From assembly GCF_000181795.1 (NCBI RefSeq), contig NW_003526947.1, positions 127,960 through 191,959 on the forward strand: a stretch of 64,000 bases of DNA, read 5' to 3'. Positions 12,976 to 25,200 of this stretch are shown piece by piece; the stretch's first letter is position 1, and every line of letters begins with the position of its first letter. The DNA comes from Trichinella spiralis (lineage: Eukaryota). The translations under genes were made by a program, and so were the position numbers. The notes under the pieces were generated by a model. That model searched no databases. It had not been told where the DNA came from and was given only the letters and a program-made list of their open reading frames with translations.

Positions 12976-15900
12976 ATTCACGTTTAAACACAGCTAGACC
13001 AAATCAATTATTCATGAAAATTCAATGCATTTTTGAACATACAAAACATTTTTCTTGAAACAAAAATTAAAAATTGCATAGCTTGCTAGTTGTGAATTTT
13101 TTCATCCAAAAATTGTGAACACAAAAAAGTCACTAGCCAGTTATATTACTTAATGCTGCTTTTTAAAAGTGAAAGATATATATTATTTAAAATGTTTATG
13201 CAAACCATTCAACGGTGTTCAAAACAAGAAGATAATAGAAATAACATATGAACAAATAAAACTGCAGTTTGAACATATAAAAATGCGATAATTAAAAATT
13301 TTGAATGAAAAAATATTTTTCATAATTTCAATTAAAAATTCATCACAGTAAATAATACTAACCGTTGCATTTGAGCAGCCATTGAAAATGTGCTAAAATT
13401 ATCATTTTCGGTGCATGTTCACCAACATGTTTTTGCAAATCTGACCAAATTTATTCAATGGAAAAATTTCAAGCAAAAAATAGTTTTCTGTCAATACTAA
13501 ATGACTTTAAATTTAAATTAAAATAAAACTGAAGGAATGTTTAAACTCCGATTTTCAAATTTCTTCACTGAAGCCAGATTCGTAGTGATAAATCTTAATT
13601 AAAATTTATTTCAATACAACATTTGATCATTCCAACTGATTAGTGACAGAAAGAAACTTAATACGTAGTAAAAAAAATTTAATATGCTACTCTACGTTGG
13701 TATTGTTGCAGAACTGAATTTTTACTAAAAGATAATGTATTTAGGGGAAAATGAAGTTAGCATCCCAGTTAGAAGTGAAATTTTCGTTTTTAACATTACA
13801 AATTTCACTTGGCTACTACTAGTAATGAATAATTTTAAGATTGCACTTTTTTTAAATATTTAAACATTTGTCTGATTGCATTTTTCAAGGTTCCGTCTTA
13901 AAGATGACCAGTATAGTAGTGACCGTGATAGAAAAAATGTTGCTAAGTATAAAATAATGGACAACTTTTTCAAAGGTAAGAGAATGTTAAGCAAATGACA
14001 ATTTTATCGAACTTCCTTCCGGTATAGAGATAGATGATCAACAGAGTAGAACAAGTTACAAGCTGTTTTTTCTGAATAATTTACAGCACCCTGATTTGAA
14101 GCAAAAATCAGATTTTTTGGCGCTCAGGTCGTTACGGTCATTGACAGAAAATGAATAAATGGATACAGAGTAAACTCAAATTTCAGCTACTACCTTTTAC
14201 AAATTGACTATTATAAAACGAACAATACGTCCATGGAAGCTAAACAACAATGGGTCACCGTAGCTGAACCAAAAATTATGAATAATCTCACGCCTCAAAC
14301 TAATCGACATTCGCCGCTGACCTGACAGAAAACAACTGCATCGGTCACTTGATGGTCAGTAGGCGTTGTTTTTTGTTGTTCTGCCCTATTCATTTTAACG
14401 TTTGTCAATGCATGTGACAACCACTCCATTGCCAGTGCAAAAGTAAAACACGGCACTTGCATTTTGATCTTCAAGTGACCGACAGCTTTTTCACTGGTCA
14501 CTCTTGACATCAGAGAGAAACTGCTTGACAACAATCAGTTGTAAAGGATTTGACCCTTTCGACAGATTTACAATACAATTTACAAACAATAATAATAATT
14601 AATAAATAAAATTCACAATTTCACAAACTCTGAAAAAATAAAAATATATTCAATCATTTTTTCTTCTTAAATAGTCTACGTTCAAAGAGAAAAAAAACAA
14701 TCAATATACACATGAATATATATGAAACTAAATAAATTGAAACTTAAACTGCCTGAATTATGCATTCATTTTGAAAATTTGTTAATCAAAGCAGATTTTC
14801 ATTTTGAAAAATTAGCAACAAAAAATGATAATTTAATTATTTCAACCAAATTCTTTCGCCAATTAGAAAGTAACTGGCAAACATTTGTCCCACACAGGAG
14901 CATTGATTTGACTGTTGTAAAAAAATTTTCCACAAATATATTATTCATCCGCTTGTTTGATTAATTGCAATCGAGCAAACAGACGCTGTATCAATACTGT
15001 TAGCTGACGTGAACGTGTAAATGAACGAATTGTTCAAATTTGCCTTGGTTATAGAATGAAATTTATGAATTTCAAATAATAAAGTACAATTTAATTTTTT
15101 TAATGAACAATAGTAATATTTATTAATGAGTAACATTTCAATTATGCTTGCATTTTGTGAAGACGAGGAAAAGTACTTTTCAAATAATGCAAAAATTGAA
15201 CAGTCAATCAGCGTGCAATTAAAGTGAATGAAGCTCGGCCAAAATGAGCTGGCTTGTTTCCAGAAGAAAATACGTATAACCAGAGGCAAAGGTAAATTTA
15301 ATTAAACAGCCACTTGTGCATCGTTCAACTGATCTGATCAAACAACTGTGCCGCCAAAGCAAAATTTACCACCATCAGAAAAGGTAGATGTTGGCGACAG
15401 TGAAGCAGGGTCAGACGGAGCGCGGCCCTTGTCGGCTTTGGTACACATCGCTACGAGCGGCTAGGACAAACCGTATCAATGGAAAAGTGTAGTGATTAAG
15501 CTTCTCTGTACAAACAAAGCCGTCCGTCAAGCTAAATGAAGCATATTTGCCAAAGTGGCAGTATCCTTTTGACTGACCCAATTTGTTCAGCGCTTCCTTA
15601 AATTAAGCTAATCATGTGCCCACCTCTGTGATAGTGTCGCATTTAAATTTATTCATAAATTGAAAGTTCTTGTTTTGATCAAATTATACTGGTATCAGTG
15701 GAAGTGCTAAAAAATTTGTCGCCAAAATCACTTTGCAGAGCACATTGTTGGTCAAAAAGTTTCATATATGTCATTTAAAGCAAAGCCGCTATTCATTAAT
15801 TACTAAGCAGAGTAAAAAATTGTTTAAACGAAATTTAAAAAAAGAAACATTGATCTTTATCTGTTTGATCGGTTCAATGGCTTTGTGAGAAAAACATGTG

Positions 15901-17499
15901 CCAGAGTAAGAAGTGCATTTTATGCTCACTGCTAGAACGCCAGGTGGAGCGAAATTTTGAACAAGTGATCATCTACACGAACAACCTTGAAACTTTTTCC
16001 CTACCTGGAACCATTTGCATCGCACAACGACTTATTATTTTTCATCTTACAATACCAAAATGCTGAAGTTATAATATGTTTGATAAATATTGTTGCGTTC
16101 AATTTCCTCATTCGACTTCAGTTAACCTAAATTGTATAAACTCATTTGCTATTTTAATGTTGGTTCTATGAATATTCAGATCAGCCATTTTGAAGTCAGC
16201 ATTCAAATAACAGCTAACAATAATTCATTTTGCACAATGACTAATTTCCAACTGCATTCAAATGCTAACTGCCAGTTTTTCAACACATTTTCAACATTCA
16301 ACATTTAAATTAACAATATTTGCAACATTTTTAATGCAATTTTAAGTTTTTGGTCAGCTTGTGCCCTACTTGACTGCTCTTAAGCATAAAGCATACTTCC
16401 AAGTTCAGCTACAAGTTGAAGTGATTTATTGAAAAAAAAACAATTCAATTAGAAATTTAATATAAATTTTGAAATTACTTTTTCCATTTTTTTCTGCTAA
16501 AGAGAGCTTAAAAAAGTGATATTTCATTTGTAGCAACTTTACATGTGCTTTGATTAACAGTTTGTAGTTGAAATTGCAAATCTATTTTGGATAAAATATA
16601 TTCCTTGCAATCTTTTAGCATATATCAGAAAAACATGCACCGATCATAGTTTAATTCATATTGTATCTTAAATAAAATTTCAAATTCATTGAAATCAGAA
16701 GCAGCCCCGAAAAAAAGATTGCTTTGCAGATATAATTACTTGGAATAAATAAATTTCCTTTTTCTAACACAGTTCAAATGAAAAAAAAGTAATATCTACT
16801 TTAACTTTTTTACATTAAACACGGTTCACACTCTTGAAATAATGCTATCGACTTAAAATTTTGTGAAATATTTTCAACAAATCGTTCAATGGAGAACAAA
16901 CAATGCAGAAAATTTACATTATTAGCTTGAATTGGAATTTCCTGTCATTTTTCGAAATATGCTATATTTAAAACTTTGACAAGATATTATTCATTACATT
17001 CATGCATTAGATCGGTGCCTTATTGTGACAAAATAATTGTTAAACAGATTTTTTTTCATATCATCCATTCATCATTCAAAAAATATGATGCCATGTTTTT
17101 TCAGTAGCATCATCATTAAATAAATAAAAATGAGCAGTTTGAGTTTGCATTTCCGGTAATTTTACTTTTTTACACAGGTAGAATTTGTCCAAATTTTAGC
17201 AAATGTTTGTGCGCTTTTACAGCTCAATAGCATGGGAAAGACAATTCTGCAGGATTCTGGTTTAAAAATTTGTCGACTTTCACATCTGTGAATTGCAGGC
17301 AGAAAAAGACTAAATCTATTTTATCAAAGGCGTGCATGGTTGGTTGACAAAGCATCAAAAAGATACTTGAAATGAAAAAAAGGACACGCTTGACAGCCAT
17401 TAGCAGGGTGGAGTTCACATTTCTTTCAGCTATTTGTCAATCAGTGATGAAAACTGAAGAAAAAAAAACTAAGCCTCTTTCTACGCTGTTTTACAATAT

Positions 17500-17770
17500 G
17501 CTGGCCTTGAAAAGCCGGCGCCGTGTGCGGCCATTAATTTATGCCTACATTGGCGCTTTGACGCCGCCTTGTCTGCCCCGTGTCCTGCAAAATTGCTGTC
17601 ATTGACGCCCACCAGTGTTGGCCATCGGCTCAGCGGGGTTCTAACGCGGCAGGATTGCGTTCCGTCCCATTTCCTTTTGTCAGTTTAAGCGCCGGCCCTT
17701 TCATAGGCGAAAGGATAAGCAGCGTCATTTTGACCAATCAGCATCGCCGTTTTCTAGTAGGCGGGACAAG
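17500..17770 (+). promoter_or_regulatory. Putative proximal promoter of the achaete-scute gene
   Basis: GC-rich island directly upstream of the CDS, with a CCAAT-box-like GACCAATCAG (~17732-17741) and GC-box-like GGCGGG (~17760). Confidence 0.35.
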
Positions 17771-17919
17771 TCTGCATTTGTGCCATCTTCTTTCACTAGC
17801 AGCTAGATTCCGCTGGTTCAGTCATTTCTGAGCTTAGTTTGCTTTGAAGCTGTTGCTGAAAATTCTCTATTTGCTTTTTCATTTTACATACTTGAATTTC
17901 GGAGCTGTTTTTCAACTTT

Positions 17920-18570
17920 ATGCCAAAACTAACCTTTTCTACGGAGATGGAAAATGCTACAGCACCTTCACCAAATGGCTTTGTAGCTAAACATCCAGTA
18001 CAAGTGGCTCGTCGCAATGCCCGGGAAAGAAATCGTGTACGTCAAGTAAACATGGGCTTTGTCATTCTTCGTGATCACATCCCACATTATGGTAAGAACA
18101 AGAAGCTGAGCAAAGTGGAAACGTTACGCGCCGCCGCAAATTACATCCAGCATTTGCAAAATCTTTTAACTGCAGACGACTCACACTCTTATCCAGACAT
18201 AAGCGGATTTGTTCAACAACAGTCAACTGTTACTCATCCATTTTATCATCATCATCATCAGCAGCAGCAACAACAGCACCAGTTGCCACCGCCGACTGGC
18301 AGCGAATCGTTGGCTTATTCATACGGATTAGCTTGTCAACCAAATTTTCAGGCAAATTACGATGCACCGTCAGAATTTTCTATGCCGCAAAACAATTACT
18401 CGCTTACTTTGGGAACATATGAACAACAAGCATACAGCACGCCAGTGATGAAGCAGCAAAACGTTTACGCTCAAGGTTCGGATAACGGTTCGGATCATGT
18501 TTACGATCATTTACAAGCTGAAATGATGCAGCAGTCAGCTCCATACGGTGGAGCGATGCCGTCATTTTGA
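17920..18570 (+). CDS. Achaete-scute family bHLH transcription factor (single exon)
   Basis: bHLH VARRNARERNRVRQVNMGFVILRDHIP...KKLSKVETLRAAANYIQHLQNLL is typical of the AS-C/ASCL family. A poly-His/Gln tract follows. An alternative start is the Met at 17948. Confidence 0.95.
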   Translation: MPKLTFSTEMENATAPSPNGFVAKHPVQVARRNARERNRVRQVNMGFVILRDHIPHYGKNKKLSKVETLRAAANYIQHLQNLLTADDSHSYPDISGFVQQQSTVTHPFYHHHHQQQQQQHQLPPPTGSESLAYSYGLACQPNFQANYDAPSEFSMPQNNYSLTLGTYEQQAYSTPVMKQQNVYAQGSDNGSDHVYDHLQAEMMQQSAPYGGAMPSF

Positions 18571-18741
18571 AGAAGCGGTGTTTTGACAGTGCCTGTTTAT
18601 TTCTTTTAAAATATGCTTTCCGTTTTGCTAATCCTGGCCGAGTGTTATGTTCGTGAAAATGCTAATTTAATTCTTTTGCTGTAATGTTTTAAAATAGTAG
18701 TAAAGTGATTTTGAAATGTAACGTATTGCGTTGTTCAGCGT

Positions 18742-19236
18742 GCCCCTGACAGGGCGAATCCGACGCCGGATGGTCATACAATACCGTTCGGACAGTTGGA
18801 CGCCTGCAGTATCCATTGTGCAAGAGTGTCTATGCAGACGTAACGGAAGCGTGCCCGTCGGCCTGCAGACATAAGCAGACTCTGCGTGAACTTGAAAGTC
18901 AGTACCGAGCAGGCAATTAGTCGGATTCGAGTGCTATACAAGTCAACCTGCTGTCTAGAAAATTAGGTTGCATCAAGTTGCCTGGACCGCTTTGTGAGAT
19001 GGTTCGGCACCCTGCGGTTCCATTGAACCACCGGTCTGCGCTGGCGTAATGTGCATGTAATAAAATACACACCGCCCCAGGCGGGTTATCGTGGCCCAAT
19101 GACCGGTAGACTTTTTTTTTAATATGAAGAAGATGAAGAAGCTCAAGCAAAGCCGCTTAAACAACCGCCCCTTTTTTGTTCATCTTCCTTGAACTGCACA
19201 ATAAAAGTATTAGTTGTGCTACAAGCGGCATTGCTT
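18742..19236 (+). ncRNA. Candidate structured RNA (independent ncRNA or structured 3' UTR); family unknown
   Basis: Many manually found helices, several needing G-U pairs on the + strand. A perfect 10-bp long-range stem joins 18755-18764 and 18920-18929. T9 run at 19112-19120. GC-rich, with no credible ORF. Confidence 0.5.
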
Positions 19237-22200
19237 TTAATCCAGTCTTGGCCTCAATCCGATGAAAAGTGCAAGAAGTATGTAAAAAAAATAAACCCTC
19301 GCGACTATGCATTAGCAACTGGTTGAATCAGCAGCTATACGCTTCATTGAACCGTATGGCAGGCACATGTTGCATCTATCAATGCACCGTTACTCAAAAC
19401 TTGCATTGCATCGCAAACTGCCATTTTAATACTGGAGATTATACCCTGGAACTTTTTACTTTAATACAGTTATTTTAAATATGATAAATTTACTACATCA
19501 AGATTTTTTTGCCTTTTTCTAAATTTCACTCACCATAAGTTCGCATTCGAACTTGTGTTGTTTGTTTTTTTAACATCTGCTCAGCACATTTATAAGATTC
19601 AGTGACTAACATAAACAAAATAAAGCGCCTGTTTTGATCGCACAGCTTAAAAGAATAATTTTTTGCGTTGTCTGCTTTTGAAGTTCATTTCAATATTTAT
19701 TATTAAATTAATTGAACACTTGCCAAAACCTAATGTATAGCAGCAACAATGGAAATAAAAATTTTAAAAGTGATAAACTTTAAAATGAAAATAATAATGT
19801 TGTGGTTAAAAAAGAGTCGCATTCATCAAATCAATAATTTCGAAATATATTTATGTTTTTAACAAAATGTGACATCCAAAAAGTGCTATTCATTTGTAAG
19901 CCAATTTAAATTTGAAATGAACACAGTAAACGAAATTTATTTGAAAATTTTCAACTTCAGTTACACATATTACTATTAATGATAAGTCTGAAAGGAGAAC
20001 AGCGATTGAATAGGGTACTATAACAACACAAACACTGTACTACACTGTACAGACACGGAAAACTAACACTGAAAAACTGGAGAAATCTTACCTCAATGAA
20101 ATTGATTTAAAATTTCTTTTAAAATGTATTTTTTTAAAGATTTAAAGATTTTACTAAAGATTCTGTTAAATAATAATTCAAAGCTCAAAAATTTAATGTC
20201 CCAATATTAATATATTAATAAATCAAAGTGCACAACTTTGCCTCAGTCTATTTTGCAATTGTAAGAGAACAATATTGTACATATGACTGATTAAAAATTA
20301 ACACGATACTACGAGTCGGTTTTTGCTTCCGCACTTGACCAGTGTACACCAACAGTTCGACTCAGCGGAGATTAATTAATCAGTTCAGTTAGAGATTTCT
20401 TTCTTTGAATTTCAAAAATGGCGGGAGGAAAGGAAATGCTTAATAACGTTAATTGTTGAACTGAAGAGAAACCCGGATGCAAGTGCTTAATTACTCCAAA
20501 AATGGCAGTTAGAAATGGCAGTAAGCCGCAATTTGGGTTTTTACCAGGTCCCGAAGCTAGGCAATTACTGAGTCGGTAGTAGAAAGGAACAAAGACAAGG
20601 TAAAGACAATAACCAACGCGTAACCATATGGCCTTGCTACTAAGCTATCTTAGATTTTGTTTTTTAGGCTAATACAGATTGAGGACAATGTTTTCTATGG
20701 AAGCGGATCGATTTCACGCGACAATTGTTCTGCTGCACTGAGCATAGCGTCTACCTTGGAACCTTGGAACACATAACCCAGAATAACCCTTGCTTTGCCT
20801 TTAGATGAAAATGCCAATTGTCTCCAGGGATTCAGCACCACTGACCTTTGAAAGCCTTACAAGCAACTATTTCGAAAGCAATGCTGGAAAAATTTTTAAA
20901 TGAAACAACGAAGTTATTTTAAAAAATTTACCATCTGCATGGTTACCATTTATCACGTACTACCTTCAAAATGAAGCTCTTGGCATTAATAGCCAAATAA
21001 ATTTTTCTTAACGTCAATCATTACTGGACGTGAAATAATTATATCAATCATTGTTTCCTAGTCTGAGATTTGGTTTCTATTTTGAAAAGAGCAGAGGACA
21101 GAAATTACAAAAGCCTTTCCAGCTTTCCATAAATACAGCTAGCGGAGTAGTTTAACTTTGAGGTTTTTTTTGAGAAATCTCAAAACAACAATTAATTAAT
21201 GTGAATTGTTTTTTTTGAAAAATTTGACAAATTGTTGTTTAAGTAAAAGAGTAGTTTGCCGATTTTACCAACAAACATTATGGTTATTTTCATTTAATTT
21301 TTAAAGAAAAAGCATTATTACAAAACGACGCTTTTAGTACATATTGCAATAAGAAGCAGTTTGGTCTGAAAGTTTTGTTTCTTGAATTTCTTTTCTAAGA
21401 AAACTACCTTCCATGTAAATTAAATACGTGAAGTAGCTTTCTGAATTTCATAACAATAACTTTACCGCATTTGATACTTTCAATAGCAGTTGTATGTATT
21501 AAAAAGTAAAATTTCAAACTTCGCATTCATTTTTCTCACATTTTATATTCCCCTAACACAACGTATTTAAAACTGTTGGGTGTGTGTAGAAGAATTGAAA
21601 ACGCCATCCAAATAATATGTCGAATGTTTTACAGCAACGGGCTGAAATTGAGTGAAATAGATTGAAGAATTATTTTGAAATGTTTTTTTGTTTGAATGAA
21701 AATTTCAATTTTAATAATGTTTTAGCTCGCAAAATTTTCTCACAAATCAGTCACAAAAAATGCATTAAAAATTTTAATACTGTGGTTCGTAGAACTTGAA
21801 GCATAAAAGTGGAGAAAATTTTGTATCTAAACAGCAGTATGCGTAAATTTTGTACATCGAAAAACAACCATTAAAGTAAGTTGAATACATTTATGGTAAA
21901 AAGAACGTGGACCATTTCAAATCAAATCGACGCACATAATGTCATTAAAGAAGAGTATTAAACTTTTCATGACGATTTATGTAAAAGTGTAACTTTTTCA
22001 TTTTTTCACACGACAGTATTTCATTGAAACAAGTGCAATGATGCGTCAGACGTGCACCCTTGAAATGACTGTTCTATATTTGATGAACAGAATAAACTGC
22101 CTACTGCAATCACATTTACATGCATATCATCATCATCATCATCATCATTTTCCAATAAATAAATCATCGTGTACAAGTGAAATATTGAGCTCCAAAAATC

Positions 22201-25200
22201 AGCAGTATTGTTCATTCATTTATAAACGTTTACAACATTGTGATGATTGTTTTTCGTGTTTGCTTTGCACTTTTAGAGTTTCAGAATATTTTAGAATTGA
22301 AGATAAAAAGAGGGTTTTGTTTTTACTTTTACAAATGTGATTGATACTTTACGTTTCATCAAATTCAGACAATAATTGTCAGAAGAGAAAATTGCTTTTC
22401 ATCCGACTAGCTACTTTAGCGGACTGATGACGTACAGGGTGGAGCCGGTGGAAGAAAGATCAGTGGTGCGAATGTTGAAAACAATTGTACTAGCCTTCTT
22501 GAGCTTTTAGCACGTTGTCATACGGTGACGAGCCGTCAAAGAACGTCAGCTGATCTGTCATTGAGCAGCTTTTGATTGGAAACGTTGTGCAGCATGTGAT
22601 CAATGCTGTGCGGAAAACTTTTCAACAGAACAGTGACAAGTCGATGAAAAAAAACCGACAGTATTCCGTCCGCTCATCGCGCACAGCTGCCTGCATATTG
22701 TACAGTTAGCGACAGGCGACGGTGGATAAAATGAAAGCACAAATTTATTTTCCTTCATTAAGCACTCACTGCATGGGTTAGAAGAATATTCGAGGCCGAA
22801 AGGAAAGAAAATGCTGAGCAAAAAAAAAATTTTTCCTATTGTTTTAAGGAAGCGACCCGACTGAAGGTGGGGGCGAGGGGTTTTTTTCCGTTTGTCAGCG
22901 TCTGTGTCAATGTGCAGGTCGACCAGTGCAAACAGTGTCAGCAGCATTCGAATAGCGTTTTGCAAATATCATTCACTGTTTGATAGTCTTTTTTCCGTTT
23001 CACTCAAGTCCACTTAAGCATTGCGGAAGGTCTGTGCATGGAACAAGTTCAAAACGTAATTGCAGTTTCCGCCTATTCGGTTTTACGCAACGCCAACTAT
23101 TGTGCTTTTCACCAACGCTCGACCGCACCATGCAACACGGACAGCTGAAACTGAGCCGCTTATTTGGGTCAAAGCGCTGCTTTCAGGTCACGAACTCAAT
23201 TTTCCCTCTCCAGTTACTCAGAGTTGGCTTAAGCAGAGTCGTCTTTCCACTGGCTTAGTTAATGACACGTTGGCAAAAGTGCGTATTGTGACTTACCATT
23301 GTCTATTCAGAATAGACGCGTAAACGTTTCACACCAACTGAACACTGTAACGACAATAGTTTCTTTTTAAAATTGCCATCCCTCCCCCAGTAGACAAGAT
23401 TTTGCTCAAGAACGCAGGTGCTATTTGTCCTACAAGTTCATACTGATAATCCACCAACATCTATACAACTACCTCAGTCAGTCAATTATACAATCATTCA
23501 GTTAATATTTTTCATCAAAAAGTGCAGTATTCTTACAAAAAAAATATTTCCATAATTTTAGAAGAACTGTTTTAAAATTTTCGTCACAAACCTCGTCGTT
23601 TTATCACAGCTTTTTTTCTTTCAAATTTGTCAGACATGTACACTTTCTCAACAATTGAACAATAACTGTGCACATTTATTATTTTTTTATTAAACTTATT
23701 TTCATAAAATTTCAAATCTATCTTGATTCTTTCAGCATCAGTTTTTTTTCTTCAACCAGTTAAACGAAGCAAAATGTCCAAACAAAGGCATGATTTCAAA
23801 CTTCACGAACCAATAGCAAAGATGTCCCTACTAATTAGTATTCCCATTTCTCACGCTGTACGTTATACTGTTTTAAGCGAAACGGAGAAAAAAAACAACT
23901 GACTGTGCAGATGAAATCCCAAGGGCGAGGTTTTGTCTTCCTAGGAAAAGCTTAATATGCTAAATCTTTGCAGCTGCCTGTTCGACCATGAGCTTTAGTT
24001 TATTTTTGATTACTGCCGACAGTTATCACCTGCTTTTCATTTTTCGCTTTGCAATTTTTAACGCCGCATGATTTGCTTAAATGAAAACTGCTGAAAACAC
24101 ATTTGCAATGGTTATACCTCCTGCTGATTTGAAATTTACTTCCGCGAAAATTTGTATAATTCATGCTTTTGTAAATTAATATTATTCGAATGCAAAATGT
24201 GTTGTCCATTTTGCAGAAATATATGTACACTGAAAAAATTTTCCAATTATCATTGTCAAATATGCAAGTGATCGTTTTATGATTAATGGATTAATTCTTC
24301 AGTTTGGTTATAGTTTTATTGTTGCGATAAATTCTACAGCCCCTCTTGCAGCTGAAAAGCATGATAAGTTTAGCAAGCTGGTACATGAAGCTTTTACAGG
24401 TGAAGTTACGGCCAACATTATGGCTTTCAGTAAAGCAAGCCATCAATGACCTTCAGAAAAGAAAAGGTAGATGTAAGGATTTCCTTTCTCTTCCAGGATG
24501 AATAGTCTTTTTGAAAAAATAAAAAGATAAATGGAGGAAGCCATGATCAGCTGAACAGCCTATTGAACTAAAGACGATTGCGAAGGCAGACTAAGCCGAC
24601 GCGTGCGCTGGTCGATCTTCATGACAGTAATAAGGACGGCCATGAATTACAATGAGTAGACAAGTCGACGACACTGGGCCAAGAACATAAATTACTAGAT
24701 ATATTAGTGAATTCCTCTCACCTGACGGAAAGGCTATAAAAATAAATTAAGACTTATCAGTGGGTGCTTTAGCTTGGACAGGGCCGTTCTGAGCTAGTAG
24801 GTCGTTTTTTAGGCAATTTACCGCTGTAAAACTCTTGCTTTACTGCCCCAAAGGCAACAAAAGCCAACATTAGCACTGCATCATTTTACACCGGCTACCG
24901 ATAATCATTATTGATGAACGACTGTAAATTGCAATTCAGTTGAATAAAGTATTGTTAAGGCGGTCATATCACGCTGACCGTGAACTCAAATCCTCCCTCT
25001 TATCCGCTATGCTGACCTTAAAAAATGACTCAGAAAACTCGACTTATTAGAATAATTACCTAACCACTCTTATAAGACTACCTTAAAACATATAATTATT
25101 TTATATTTCATATTATCTACTAATTTCAAATTTCACATTTCAAAATAAAATGTTGTATTATTTTCTGCTTGAAAAACATGAATGTAAACTATTCTTTGCT

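Noticed and set aside
13725..14160. Possible small spliced + strand gene (donor at ~13976, acceptor at ~14087)
   Set aside because: Could not build a phase-consistent ORF or recognise a domain.
15559..15572. GTATCCTT U12-type donor-like motifs (also ~32422 on + and ~7013-7021 on -)
   Set aside because: Not at an exon boundary of any supported gene; the 7013 instance lies inside a CACHD1 exon.
18742..19236. Structured block as telomerase RNA, SRP RNA, snRNA, hammerhead ribozyme or solo LTR
   Set aside because: No GCCUAA/CCCUAA template on the + strand, no complete SRP helix-8 motif, no U11/U12/U6atac signature, no CUGANGA..GAAA core, and no TG..CA ends with a matching TSD.
24340..25030. GC-richer stretch, possibly a decayed transposon (similar impression at 20300-20860)
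   Set aside because: No TIR, TSD or protein motif could be identified by eye.
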